Shown in pieces: positions 30,368 through 41,714 of a DNA stretch of 49,794 bases. This DNA is from Saprolegnia diclina VS20 (taxonomy: Eukaryota), in assembly GCF_000281045.1 (NCBI RefSeq), contig NW_008246079.1:65735-115528 (forward strand), in the 5' to 3' direction. The notes beneath the pieces are model-generated. The model made no database searches. It was not told the DNA's origin and was given only the letters and a program-made list of their open reading frames with translations. How positions within the stretch are numbered: position 1 is the stretch's first letter; each line of letters begins with the position of its first letter. Both the position numbers and the translations under genes were made by a program.

Positions 30368-33181
30368 CTACGACAGCACACCGAGCGCTTCGACGATCGC
30401 CCACTCGGTGGGGAGCAAGACGACGTCGTGGGCGCGCAGCTTGGCGACGAAATAGCCGACGCGGAAGCCCCACGTCTCGCTCGGCCACGCCGTGTCGCCG
30501 CGCCGCACAGTCAGCGTCCACGGTACGTCGCGCCAATGCGTCGAGTGGAGACGCGCGTACGTCGACAAGGCGGCGTAGGCGACGTCCCAGTCGACGTCCA
30601 GCGGCGCCCAGGGAAACCCGGCGTCCGTCAAGTCGCGCCACTGGGCAAACGGGAGATACGGTTCGGACGCATGCCACGTGAGGGCGAGGGCGCCGAGTGG
30701 CAGTCGCCACAGCGCCGACGGCCATCGCAGGTCGTCACACGGTACGACAAAGTCGCTCGGCACGTCGGGCGACCGGTGCTGACGCATGTACACTTGGAGC
30801 GCGCCGACCTCGAGCGCCCACGACGGCTCAGTCGCGTAGGTCGAGTTTGGTGGGCTGGAACTGGCGACGGCATGGTGCAACCTGTAGCTCAACGGGTAGC
30901 CCGCCATCTCGACGGGCCAGCGCGGGTCGAGCGTCGGGACGCAGTACGACGGTGGCACGTCGACGTCACCGTGCAGTTGGCGGTAGACGCGGAGAACGTC
31001 GTCTGCGGCCGGCGATGCCCATTGAAAGCCGAGGGCCTCGAGTTCGCGCCGGCGGTCGCGAGGCAAGAGATACCGAAGCGCGCGGAGCCGGGCAACAAGA
31101 CCGCCGACATCGATCCCCGCCGTGTCGGGCTCCAACGACACCGTCGACGCCGCGCTCGACAGGTCGCACTCGACCGGCAAGAGGAGGCGCGATGGCAGAT
31201 CCAAGTGGCCTTCCTGACTCTTGGCCAACGAAAGCGCGGCAAAGACGGTACTCCACTGAGCGTCCACCGCGCTATTCCAGTGCGTCACGCCCAAGGCCGT
31301 CAGCTCCGCGATGAGACTGGACGCGACTCCGTCCTCGGCGCACCGAAGCAGCTCAACGTACGCGCCGAGGCGGAAGCGCCACAGCGTTTGAGGCCACGCC
31401 GAGTCGACAGGCGGCACAAGAAACGTCGGTGGCACGCGGACGTGGCCGTGAATGCGGTGGTAGATGGTCAGGGCGGCGTGGATCGGAACCGTCGCCGTCG
31501 CCTCGTGGCGCCACCGGACACCGACCGCTTCCAGCGCCGCTTTTTTCGCCACGTCGAGGAAGCCAGCGTGTGCCAGCGCCCGCAGTCGACGCAGCGACCG
31601 CCCGATCGGAAGGCCCGCAGCGCTGGCAGGCCACAGCGCATCGTCGTCGTCGTCGCTCTTGTTGCTGTCCTTTTTGGTGGATGAAATCTTGGTGGCAGGG
31701 ACGACAAAGGAGCAGGGCACGTTGGCGTGGCCGTGCAGCGCGTGGAAGGCGGCGACGGCGGCCACGAACGTGGTCCAATGCAGCGCTTCGTGCCAGAGAA
31801 ACCCAAGCGCGTCCAGCTGCGCGCGCATCGCGAGCGTCAGTCGGCGTCGGTTGCGCCGGAAGCCGCTGACAATGTGCCCGAGCTTGAGCGTCCACGTCGA
31901 GGTCGGCCACGCCTTGTCGCTCGGTACGACAAAACCGCCCGGCACGCGGAGGTGCCCGTGCAGCCGACCAAAGCTGTGCAGCGCAACGAGCTTGTTCTCC
32001 CACGAGTACGCACTCACGGTCCACGCGAACCCGAGGTTCGCGAGCGCGTCCATCTTGTCGGCGCTCGGCGGCGGGCTGTGGCGCAGGCCTTGCACGACTG
32101 CCCCGAGCTTGAGCTGCCAAAAGCGCTGCGGCCAGAGTGCGCTGCGGTCGGGCACCTTGAAGCGGTGCGGCACGTTGGCGTGGCCGTGGAGGCCGTGGTA
32201 GATGGTCAGCGCGGCGAGCTTGGTGGGCCAGTCGATTGTCTTGGGCTGGAGGATGCCGAGGACGCCGAGGGCCTCGAGCTCGGCAACCTGGTCCGATGAG
32301 AGGGTCGTGGACGTCTGCAGCGCGTGCACCTCCTCGCCGAGCGGCAGGTGCCACAGCTCGGGCGCCCATTGCGCGTCGGACGCCGGTATCGTAAAGTTTG
32401 CTGGCATGCGCGTGTGCCCGTGAAGCGCCTTGTACGTCACGAGCGCTTGACGCAGAAGGTCCCACTCGACCGCGCCGCACCAGAGGAACCCGAGGTCGTC
32501 GAGCTGCGCACGCTTGGCGGGAGGTAGCTTCTCGGCCCGCGCGCGGAGATACGCGACCTTCATGCCAAGCTTCATGTGCCAGAGGTCGTCGGGCCACTCG
32601 GGCGAGTCTCCCGGCACTTCGAACGTTCGGGGCACCCGCATGTGGCCATGGAGGTTCTTGTAGACCTGCAGCGCCAGCAAGGTATCGTACCACGAGTCGT
32701 ATGTTGCCAAGAGCCCGATCGACTGCAGCTGCCGCTGGCGCGCGTCCGGCAGCTCGGTGATCTTGGCGCGGAGGCTCGAGAGGACGCGGCCGAGCTTGAG
32801 GCCCCATATGTCGCGTGGCCACGCGGCGTCGTTGGAGGGTACTACAAAGTCAGCGGGGACGTCGAGATCGCCGGATATTGCCTTGTACGCGCGAAGTGCC
32901 ATGAGGTGCTGCGCCCACTTGAGGTCGCGCAGGTCGTAGACAAAGTTCATCGCGTCGAGCGCCGACTGCATCGACGGCGGCAGCTTGTGCTGGGCGTACG
33001 CGGTGCAGAACGTGGTGAGGTTGACGGTCTTGCCGCGCAGGCTCGTCGGCCACGGCGCCTCCGCCGGAACCGTGTACCGGCGCGGAAGGTACGTGTAGCT
33101 GGACGTCAGCGACTGCACAGCATGGGTGATCTTGACGAGCTCGAGGAGCTGGCGAGGCCCGGCCCGCTTCCGCTGCTGCAT
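30368..33181 (-). CDS. Stand-alone HA-like repeat protein 3, about 12 units
   Basis: 937-aa intronless ORF made almost entirely of HA-like units, e.g. WENKLVALHSFGRLHGHLRVPGGFVVPSDKAWPTSTWTLKLGHIVSGFR...LDALGFLW. Convergent with protein 2. Confidence 0.9.
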   Translation of the reverse strand: MQQRKRAGPRQLLELVKITHAVQSLTSSYTYLPRRYTVPAEAPWPTSLRGKTVNLTTFCTAYAQHKLPPSMQSALDAMNFVYDLRDLKWAQHLMALRAYKAISGDLDVPADFVVPSNDAAWPRDIWGLKLGRVLSSLRAKITELPDARQRQLQSIGLLATYDSWYDTLLALQVYKNLHGHMRVPRTFEVPGDSPEWPDDLWHMKLGMKVAYLRARAEKLPPAKRAQLDDLGFLWCGAVEWDLLRQALVTYKALHGHTRMPANFTIPASDAQWAPELWHLPLGEEVHALQTSTTLSSDQVAELEALGVLGILQPKTIDWPTKLAALTIYHGLHGHANVPHRFKVPDRSALWPQRFWQLKLGAVVQGLRHSPPPSADKMDALANLGFAWTVSAYSWENKLVALHSFGRLHGHLRVPGGFVVPSDKAWPTSTWTLKLGHIVSGFRRNRRRLTLAMRAQLDALGFLWHEALHWTTFVAAVAAFHALHGHANVPCSFVVPATKISSTKKDSNKSDDDDDALWPASAAGLPIGRSLRRLRALAHAGFLDVAKKAALEAVGVRWRHEATATVPIHAALTIYHRIHGHVRVPPTFLVPPVDSAWPQTLWRFRLGAYVELLRCAEDGVASSLIAELTALGVTHWNSAVDAQWSTVFAALSLAKSQEGHLDLPSRLLLPVECDLSSAASTVSLEPDTAGIDVGGLVARLRALRYLLPRDRRRELEALGFQWASPAADDVLRVYRQLHGDVDVPPSYCVPTLDPRWPVEMAGYPLSYRLHHAVASSSPPNSTYATEPSWALEVGALQVYMRQHRSPDVPSDFVVPCDDLRWPSALWRLPLGALALTWHASEPYLPFAQWRDLTDAGFPWAPLDVDWDVAYAALSTYARLHSTHWRDVPWTLTVRRGDTAWPSETWGFRVGYFVAKLRAHDVVLLPTEWAIVEALGVLS

Positions 33182-34488
33182 CGTCGTGTTTCGTCAGTTC
33201 GATTTTTCAAGACACTGGATGTTTGTATGCAAGAAAATAGAACGCGATGTCCGAGATTCGAGGGAACTTCCCCGACGATCCAGGCCAATACTGAAACCAA
33301 GCCACAATATCCAAGCCGCCACGTCATCGGTTGCGCTGTTTCAACCACAAACACTGGTTCAAACAGGATGTTGACACTGGATACAGATGGGGTTTGAAAT
33401 CGAGTCTCGTGGATTGCCGCGTCTGCATAACACTGTGTATCGGGCAATCTTGGTGAAGGACGCCGCTCGACCACCTGCAATCGTGGCTATTCCGACGACG
33501 TTGGGCTTGAAGCCGAGCACGTGCTCTAGTCTCTAGAAGAGAAGGCAGTCAGAACCCTTGGATCGAATGCGCCTTGTAGGTATGGCGGACTCGCCCGAGA
33601 CCACCCAGCGAGAAACCCACATGTAAATGGCTTCGCAGCAACGTTGTTTTGCGTCGACAACGTGGGACAGTCGCTTGGCCTTGCGTGCAACTTGGCCGCC
33701 GCGTGATCCAGCCGATCCTCGTCGTCGTCGAAGGCCCATCACCTCGGCGTTATCACGGCCATCGGCACCGGAAACCGTTCGATGTGACGTGATACGTCCG
33801 ACTGGACACACATGGCTTGGCCATCTGACGGCCAAAGCATTGGTTCGAATCACGCCGACACTGCCAGCTACGCGGGCAAATGGCAGTCGATGGACGAGTC
33901 TTGAATGTCCGCACGGACAAAGCTGCACGCCGCCGTCGCACGTGACATGCGTCCCACGGAATCGTGCTGCGGTAAAGTGTCCTTTCCGTGTTCACGTAGG
34001 CCGAGCAGAACTATCTGGCGACTTTGCTGAGCACTCGACTGACCACTTGCGTTGACTGTGAGGAAATCTTTCGACTGAGAGCTCTTGGGCTGCTGAGCGC
34101 CATCGCAGGCGAGGAGCTCGAGGGACCTCGATGCTTGGCCGCACAGGACGCGATTGAGGGCTAGTCCACAGCAATGGAGTCTGGCGACGTGCGCAGTGGG
34201 AGGACTCGGTACAAGTAATCCGCTATGGCGCGTCTGATATGAGCTTGGTGACATACACCGTATGCCGACCCGGCGTAAAGATGGCGCGCGAGGCCGGCTT
34301 TGTCATCGCTGTGCAGAAGGACACCTCGGTGCTCCATACAAAGGCACCGACCAAGGTACCTGGCGACGGGCGGCGGGAGTGGCGGTGCCGGGACACTCTT
34401 GAAGAGGCGTCGGTCCAGCCGATCGCGCTGGTCGACCCAATGAGCGCGCAGCAGATGCTGGGACAAGCGCCAACATAAAGTTGAGTTT

Positions 34489-34502
34489 GCACTTACGATT
34501 TC
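34489..34502 (+). promoter_or_regulatory. Inr+FPR core promoter of paralog C
   Basis: GCACTTACGATTTC, 10 nt before ATG 34513. Confidence 0.5.
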
Positions 34503-34512
34503 ACCGACGACC

Positions 34513-36632
34513 ATGTCGACTGCAACATCAGCATGGGCGGTCTCCTTTGGCATGGACGACTGCAAGTGCGCGAATCGCGCCTCGCTCTTTGAGCACAAGT
34601 ACCTCCGCACGCACCGCGCCGGCAGCGTCAAGCTCGTCCGGTGCGTCTCTCTTCTTTGCCGCTGGTATTGATAGAGCGGAATAGGTGCTTTCCGCACTGC
34701 TGCCCCAAACACACGTTTGCCAACTTTTGCACCACGTCGCTCGACGTCGTCGTCTCGAACGCAACGCTGGACATCCACGCCGACATGGCGTACCTTCGGT
34801 TTCAGCCGTCGACCGACCGGGTGCTGGCCGTCGGCGACGTCGTCGACGAAGCTTCGATTGCCCACAGCACGCGCAGCCAAGCCAACATCAAGGGCGACTG
34901 GATCGCGAGCGACTCGAGACAGTTGGACGCGGTAGGGTGACAACTACGGCGGTGCGTCGGTGTTCATCGACGGCGTACTAGGCTACAATGACGTACCGGT
35001 TCAACCACAACAACCTCCTCGGGTGGCACTACGGCTGGATGGGCACGTCGACCAAAGCCCACCGCACGGCCACCCACCGCGTTGTCGTACGAAGTGCACA
35101 CTCTCGGAACTCGCGTCACCAACAGACCTTCTATAGGCCTATGTTTTTCGCCGACTGAGCCCACAGTCGCTCCATGTCGTCGGCGTCGCGCTCTCGCCGT
35201 CCTTCATCATCATGTCGTACCGGCGCGCTTGCTACCACTGTCAAAGGCACCGCGGCGGCGTCGTCACGACCGGTTGCGAGTGCGACGGCGAGTTCAACAC
35301 GCGCCAGGTGTCGTCGTCTCCACCGCCGTCGTCCGGAAGCAGTGTCGGGTCGCCGCCGACTCTGCCGCGGCCGAGCATGGCGCTTGCGACGCGACCCGTC
35401 GACCCGATGGCCATGGAAAGGCAGCTCGGGACGGTCATGTCGTTTCTCCACCGACTGCCGTCGCACGCATTCGCCGGCAAGTACGACCGCATCGCCGACC
35501 AGCTCACAAGGAGCTTGCTCCAGCCCCTCGGCGCCCGCTGGGGCTCGCACCGGGTAAAGTTTCCGCGATGGATGCGGCCGCCGCCGGCGAACGTCGGTCC
35601 GTCGTCGTCTATTGAGGCACTGACGACGGTCTGCCTCGACCTTTTCCTCGCCAGCGTCTCGATGGACACGATGTTTGAGCAATCCAAGTTCATGCAAGCA
35701 AATGCACCGCGGCTCCTCGACCGGCAAGCGCTCCAGGACGCGTACCTCGAGTGGCTTCAGCTCCACTACCGCTACTTCAACCACCTCCTTGAGCCCATGT
35801 TCCTCACCCTCGATGGCCTCGCGACCCACATCAACGCCGTGTCCCAAACCGGTGCTCTCACGACCAACAACGCGCTGCCGACGACGTCGATCACGGGCTT
35901 TGAGAACTTTGTCGCGCAACTGCGCGAAGTCTACATGGTACATGACAATATGTAGGGTGAGGGTTGACGCAGGGGACTAGGGCGTGCCCGTGGCGACGCC
36001 GCCGGTCCGGAACCTGGTGCCGTCGTTGCTCAACGGCCATTGGGTTTTCCAGGAGACGCTCTCGTCGGCCTTCTCGATGGACCCGAGTGCGTTTGACCCG
36101 TCGGTCATCACGATCGTGCGCAGTATCACCATGACGTACGCGTTCCAGTGGGTGCTCTCGGTCACGTCGCTGCACGTAACTTGCAAACTTTGCCTTTGAG
36201 ACGATTTCTATGAGATCGTAGATGCGGTCGGACCTCGAAGCGCACCCGACGCAGTGGAGCGAAATGGTGCTGGACGGACACCCGCACGTCTTTCGCGTCT
36301 TCCCGAACGGCGAGGCGTCCATGACCATGGTGGCCGGGTACCTCCACGGCGACTACCGCGCGTGGCTCCACGACGACCAGCTGCTCACGATTCAAATCTA
36401 CACGTGGGGCTCGACCGATGCGATTTGCGTCCGATTCCAAGCGCGCGCGGCCCTCGGGCAGCTCGAAATCCAAGTCACCGTCGTCCGGTCGCCGATTGTC
36501 AAAGCCGACGGCGACGACTGGTCGACGTGGACGGCGTCGGCGCGCTGCGCTGCCTTTCGCCACGAGATCGAGTCGGTCGTCGTGCGCTTCCAGCTCGTCT
36601 ACAAGGACATTCCGCTGCACGAAACGTTCTAG
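34513..36632 (+). CDS. Uncharacterised 'RCFPHCCP-WHYGW' family protein, paralog C (multi-exon)
   Basis: MSTATSAWAVSFGMDDCKC...KYLRTHRAGSVKLVR|CFPHCCPKH; FNHNNLLGWHYGWMGTSTKAHR; SPSFIIMSYRRACYHCQRH; CECDGEFN; GFENFVAQLREVY; LDGHPHVFRVFPNGEASM..HGDY. Confidence 0.87.
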
Positions 36633-37444
36633 CCACCAAGTGAAATAAGACATTATTGTTGTGCAGCCGTCTAGATCCTAAACCCACACTTTGCTGATGA
36701 GTTCGTTATTATATCCCGAGCCAAACCGAGGGCCACCGCGTGCCAACCGTCCTCGACTTTGTCGAAAGCCTTCTTCCACCGCTGTTGCCAGTATTGTACC
36801 GTTAACAAGCCGTTGTTGGCGCCATAGTTTTGTTTAGTGCTCCCAATGACTCGTCGTTGTGGCGCGTGCTCTCGATACTGGACTATCGCATGAGTCTTGC
36901 GATTCGACTCGAGGTTATCGTGGAGACTGCGCTTGCTAGCACAAAGCCACTAGGCAAGGCAGAGGTCATGGTCCATCGTGCAAGCGACGAGGGGGCGTAC
37001 GCCCGTGTCCATGTCCATGGTCAGGTGCAACCCTTCCTGCACATCCTGGCGATGCGGTGCTGAATCTGGGTGCAAAATTCGCAGGTGCGAGATGCGTCGT
37101 CATCAGCAATCACCCGCGTCGACAGCAGCAGCCAGCAGCCGCCTCCTCCGCTGTATCCCTCTGCTGTATCCCAACTACAGGCTGGGATGGACCATCATGG
37201 ACCACATTGCAGTAGGCGCGACGCTCGGCCTGCCTCTTCAAGCGATGCCATTGGCCAAAAACCCATCCATTTCGAGATGCGAGCCAATCAGCGTGTCGCA
37301 TGCCACTGACTAGACCGCCGGCAGGTTATATTTTAAATTGAACGTTTAATTCCACATACAATTGCCAAGTGGCGAATAAAAGTATAGCGGCCAACCGGCC
37401 TTTCTGCCCGCGTGGTCAATCTCGCTTGCGATCGTCGAGGAGCG

Positions 37445-38518
37445 ATGCAGTGCCGCAGCTTTAGCCGCCTCGTGCTCATCTTCACGAATGTGCTCTTCCT
37501 CGTGCTCGGCGGCGTCCTCATCGTCATCGGCGGTCGGCCATCAAGCTCGTCTTCTTGCATCTCATGCGCGCGTAGGCTACATGATGCACGTCCCCGACCT
37601 CAACGCGTTCTCGGCCGATGGCATCTCGAGCGCCGTCATGGCGTGCGGCGTGCTCATCGTGCTCATCGCTCTCCTCGGCTGCTGCGGCGCGCACTGGGAA
37701 AGCAAGGTCTTCCTCTGCCCGTACGCGACGCTGGTACGCCTGATGCTGGCGGATGCAGTGGGCACGACGCTCTCGTAGGTGACCGTGTCGGTCGTCGCGC
37801 AGTTTGCGCTCGCCGGCCTCATGCTGCACGTGCACCATTCGCTGGTCAACATCTCGCAAGCCAGCTACGCAAACCAGTCGGCGCTGCTGTCCGAGGACGA
37901 CCAGATCATCCTCGGGAGCCTCCACTCGATCTTCAACGAGGCGTACGACGCGTGCCAGCCGCAGGTCGACCTCATCCAGAGCCTCCAAGTGGGCTCGGTC
38001 GTGCTGCAGTGCATGGGCACCGACCCGTCGTACCAGTGGTTTGCCCCGTTTGCGGCCAACCGCTGCTCGATCCGGAAGCAGGACCTGCTCCCGAACTCGA
38101 CCTTCCGTCAGTGCGCCAAGGACATGGCCGACGGTGCAAGCGCGACGCAGCTGACCAAGGAAGCGCTCTTTTGCTCGTGCGAAGCTAACCTCGTTGCGTG
38201 GATGGACGAGCAGAGGTATCTACACTATCTATCCTATCCAAGTATCCATTTGCGATTTACGACCTATTGCGTAGTGAGCTCATTGGTACGATCGTCGGCG
38301 TCATTGCTGGCTTTGAGATTGCGCTCGTGCTCCTCTCGTTCTACCTCGTGTGCACGCAGCGCCGGCGCCACCGCGGCTACCAGGAGATCCGGATGCCGCT
38401 GCGGCCGCAGTTCAACGCGCACCCGTACAACAACCTGCGCATGAACCCGGCCAACAACCCGTACCAACCACAAGCCGGCCGCACGGCGCAGTCGCCGCTC
38501 GTGCCGCCGCAGCCCTAA
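37445..38518 (+). CDS. Tetraspanin-family protein (multi-exon)
   Basis: TM1 LVLIFTNVLFLVLGGVLIVIGG; TM2 followed by LLGCCGAHWESKVFL (tetraspanin GCCGA..ES motif); TM3; Cys-rich large extracellular loop; TM4 IVGVIAGFEIALVLLSFYLVC. Three short introns. Confidence 0.88.
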
Positions 38519-40177
38519 GACAAAAAGTCTCATTGGACGCCATCCCGTTAACATGGTGTGAATTTTGGTTTACCTCTTGTGCTGTGACGCTCTACGGCAA
38601 GGACGCCGATGCCTGTCCCATGGAACGCAGTGGCGCCGACCTTCTGGCGCAGCATAGCGCCGCACGGGCACAGCGCTCTGCAGCGAAGCGCGGTCTGGCT
38701 GTTCGTACAGTGCGCAAAGGCGTCGAGGGCGGCGGCGTGGCAAGGCGCTCGTCCTCAGCTCCAATCGGAAAGTTATACTATACCAGTAGTTCTCAAGCTG
38801 CATTTCGACGCTGGCATCTTGACGGCGCTTGCTGCGACTGGCATCGCTCTAATCGCGCTATAATGGCGGGATTTAGCAGCGAACGCAGACAATGAGATCG
38901 CCGAGCGTGCGCCAGAGCCGCCTGGGAGGGCGTCAACTGCACCGCCGCCCGGTGTCAAAGCAGTGGCACTACTTCCGTGGCTTCTGGGGTGTCTCTACTA
39001 GCGTTGCAAAGCTGAGCAGCTTAGTCGTTCGCGATAAAATGGGTCAGTGGACACGGCTTCGTCAGAGGAGCGACTCAGCTTGCAAATGTGGTTTGAGTCG
39101 AATTCGTACTGCTCTAGCGTATTGCTTGACTTTTGTGGTTTGTACGCAGCCGGGTGGCTGGAGCGACTCAGATTTGTGGTCTGGGCATGTCGTCAGCCTG
39201 CGATGCACATTGCTTAAATCATACGTGTGGGAGAGTGTGTGGGAGGGACTTGGGTCAGGTCGTGCTTGGTGCCGATATCGGAGCGGTTAGGTTTTCAACG
39301 GTTAACATGTGCAAAACAAGAGCAGCGGTTAGCCGGTTAATCGGTTTGCCTGCTGGCGCTTCAATCTGGACATGTCCTATTTCAGCCTGTTTTAAGCGAT
39401 TTTCGGACGTGTCCCAAACCTGCGGACATGCGACACCCGTGGCATCTGTCTTGCCGGAATCTCAGGCGCCGAGCGAGCGGTCCTGAGCGACCTCCGATGC
39501 AACCGCAGCCTCCGCAGCGATATACTCTGCTGCCACGTACGAGTACGTCGGCGAAGTACCGCCGCTTATGTAGCTCAAAGGACTTGGTGTTTTTTTGCGC
39601 ATCAACCCCAACTAACATTACCCCAACTTGGTTGACATGCTGCCTGCGACAAGGCGGTTGCGCTTCGACAACGAACGTCCATGCAGCTCAAGAAGCAGAA
39701 GCGACCGAACGACGTCGTTGTTGCTGCTGCTTCGGCTCTCGCAGTCCGCCCACTTTTACCAGTAAGCTCGACCAGCCGTCTGGGACCCTAGCACTTCACC
39801 CTAACACAAGTCCCCGCCACTCGAGCCGCTGCGCTCTGCACCTGCACTGGTGCGATGTGTACCTCGCGCTGATCTCCATCCAACGTTGCTCCTCACGTTG
39901 CGGTGCGAGCAGTACCGGTAGCTGGGTAGCCAAAGTAGTGGGTGCGAATGGTGCCAGCGTACACTGTACGGTCGCCATCTCTGCCTCAAGCGCCGTAACT
40001 CGTAACAGGCTTGGACCACGGATATCGCCAGCACAACTAACGCGCGCGTCCCTGGCCGCGCTTCTACGTTGTACACTGTACGTCGAGAGCTGGCGTGCGC
40101 GGGGCAAGCTCTGCCATACGAGATCGGCGACCGACGTAACAGCGTGTTACAGCTGCGTTCGAACGCGCTTCGATTTG

Positions 40178-40194
40178 CCACTTGCAAATTTGCC
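40178..40194 (+). promoter_or_regulatory. Inr+FPR core promoter
   Basis: CCACTTGCAAATTTGCC, 12 nt upstream of ATG 40207. Confidence 0.6.
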
Positions 40195-40206
40195 GACTCA
40201 AGCAGC

Positions 40207-41714
40207 ATGGGTCTCTTCCGCCAAAACTCGCCGTCGTCGCCGGCCGTTGCCGAGGACGGCCTCACGCCCGTCATGCAGGAGAAGAACGAAGACGCGATCT
40301 TCGCCGCGCGCAAGAAGCGCATGCTCATCATGGCCGGCTGCGGCTTTGCCGTCGTCGGCGCCGTCGGCGCTGTGACCTACTTTGGCACGGCCAGCGGTGC
40401 CAACGGCACGAGCACGAGCGACGTACGAAGCTCCATTATTGGGACGGAACAGGCAACTGATGCGAACGATGATGCGTAGGGCTTGGCGACGCCGACGACC
40501 AAGGCGCCGGCTGGTGAAACCTCCGTCGGCTCGACAGGCCTCGAAGGCGGCGTGACGACGTCGGGTACGCGCCTGTCCGCGACGAGCGCCAAGATCTTAT
40601 GGAAAATGGGCTTGTAGGCTACACCGAGATCCCGACGCCGGCGCCAACGACGCCCGAGCCGGTCTACGAGTCGTGGACCGAGACGACGACGAACGGCAGC
40701 ATCGTGCACTTTTTCAACGGCACGTCGATCGAGACGACCAACGTCAATGGCACCGAGGCGCTCATCGGTGGCAACTCGACGACGTCGTCGCCCGAACTCG
40801 TGACGATCCTCCCGACGACCGAGACGACGGAAACCGACGCCCCGACCACGGACGCCACGACGCCGGCGCCCACGGATGCTTCGACGGACGCCCCCACCCC
40901 GGCTGCCACCCCGGCTCCCACCTCGGCTCCCACCTCGGCTCCTACCCAGGCTCCCACGCAGGCTCCTACCCAGGCTCCTACGCAGGCTCCTACCCAGGCT
41001 CCTACGCAGGCTCCCACGCAGGCTCCCACGCAGGCTCCCACGCAGGCTCCCACGCAGGCTCCCACGCAGGCTCCCACGCAGGCTCCTACGCAGGCTCCTA
41101 CGCAGGCTCCTACGCAGGCTCCTACCCAGGCTCCCACGCCTGCCCCGCAGCCTCAGCCGCAGCCCCAGCCTCAGCCCCAGCCTCAGCCTCAGCCGCAGCC
41201 TCAGCCGTCGCCCTCGTCGGCCCCGGCGCCGGCGCCAAACGCAGGCAAGACCAACAACAACGGGTCGGGCAAGTGGGGCGGTGCCATCAAGATCGTCAAC
41301 AACCTCCCGGCGGTGTGCAAGTACACGACCAAGTCGGCGACGTGGTTCACGGGCAACGGCCGCGGCGACCTGCAGAACGGCGAGTCCGTCCAGCTCGGTC
41401 CCTTTAGCGGCGGCTACACGCTCGGCGTCCAGGAGAACGTCTTCGCCAAGTGCGCGTACTCGGGCACGTGCGCGTGGGAGAACAAGTCGGCGGACAACTA
41501 CTGCTACAACTTCAGCCTCGACGCGAGCTGCAACGCCTCGTGGAACGACTGCCCGTACCCGCCGGGCCAGCCCGGCAAGAACGGCGGCAAGTCGCCCGCG
41601 CCGGATGGTCGCCAGCGCTACTCCATCACGGGCTCGGTCGACGCCAGCGGCACGTGCGTCGTCACTGTCAACCCGACGGGCGGTGGCGTCTTCTACTGCG
41701 AATCGACGTTCTAA
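40207..41714 (+). CDS. Type II membrane mucin-like protein with Thr/Pro stalk and C-terminal Cys-rich domain
   Basis: MGLFRQNS...RKKR then signal anchor MLIMAGCGFAVVGAVGAVTYF. Introns 40423-40479 and 40565-40617 keep the frame. Then (TQAP)16, (PQ)10 and a ~150-aa domain with 8 Cys. Confidence 0.82.
40944..41204 (+). repeat. Coding tandem repeats: 12-bp ACSCAGGCTCCY x16 (TQAP), then 6-bp CCNCAG x10 (PQ)
   Basis: Directly visible: 40944-41135 and 41145-41204. Confidence 0.95.

Noticed and set aside
24776..33181. HA-repeat genes as a helicase or transposon (Helitron-like) element
   Set aside because: No Walker A/B, DEAD, Rep, transposase or RT motifs, and no terminal repeats seen.
39428..40375. 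315-aa ORF upstream of the mucin-like gene
   Set aside because: Cys/Arg/Ser-rich with no family signature, and it runs out of frame into the real gene.
40908..41210. Regular direct repeats resembling a CRISPR or satellite array
   Set aside because: No spacers; these are in-frame coding repeats with synonymous third-position variation (TQAP, PQ).
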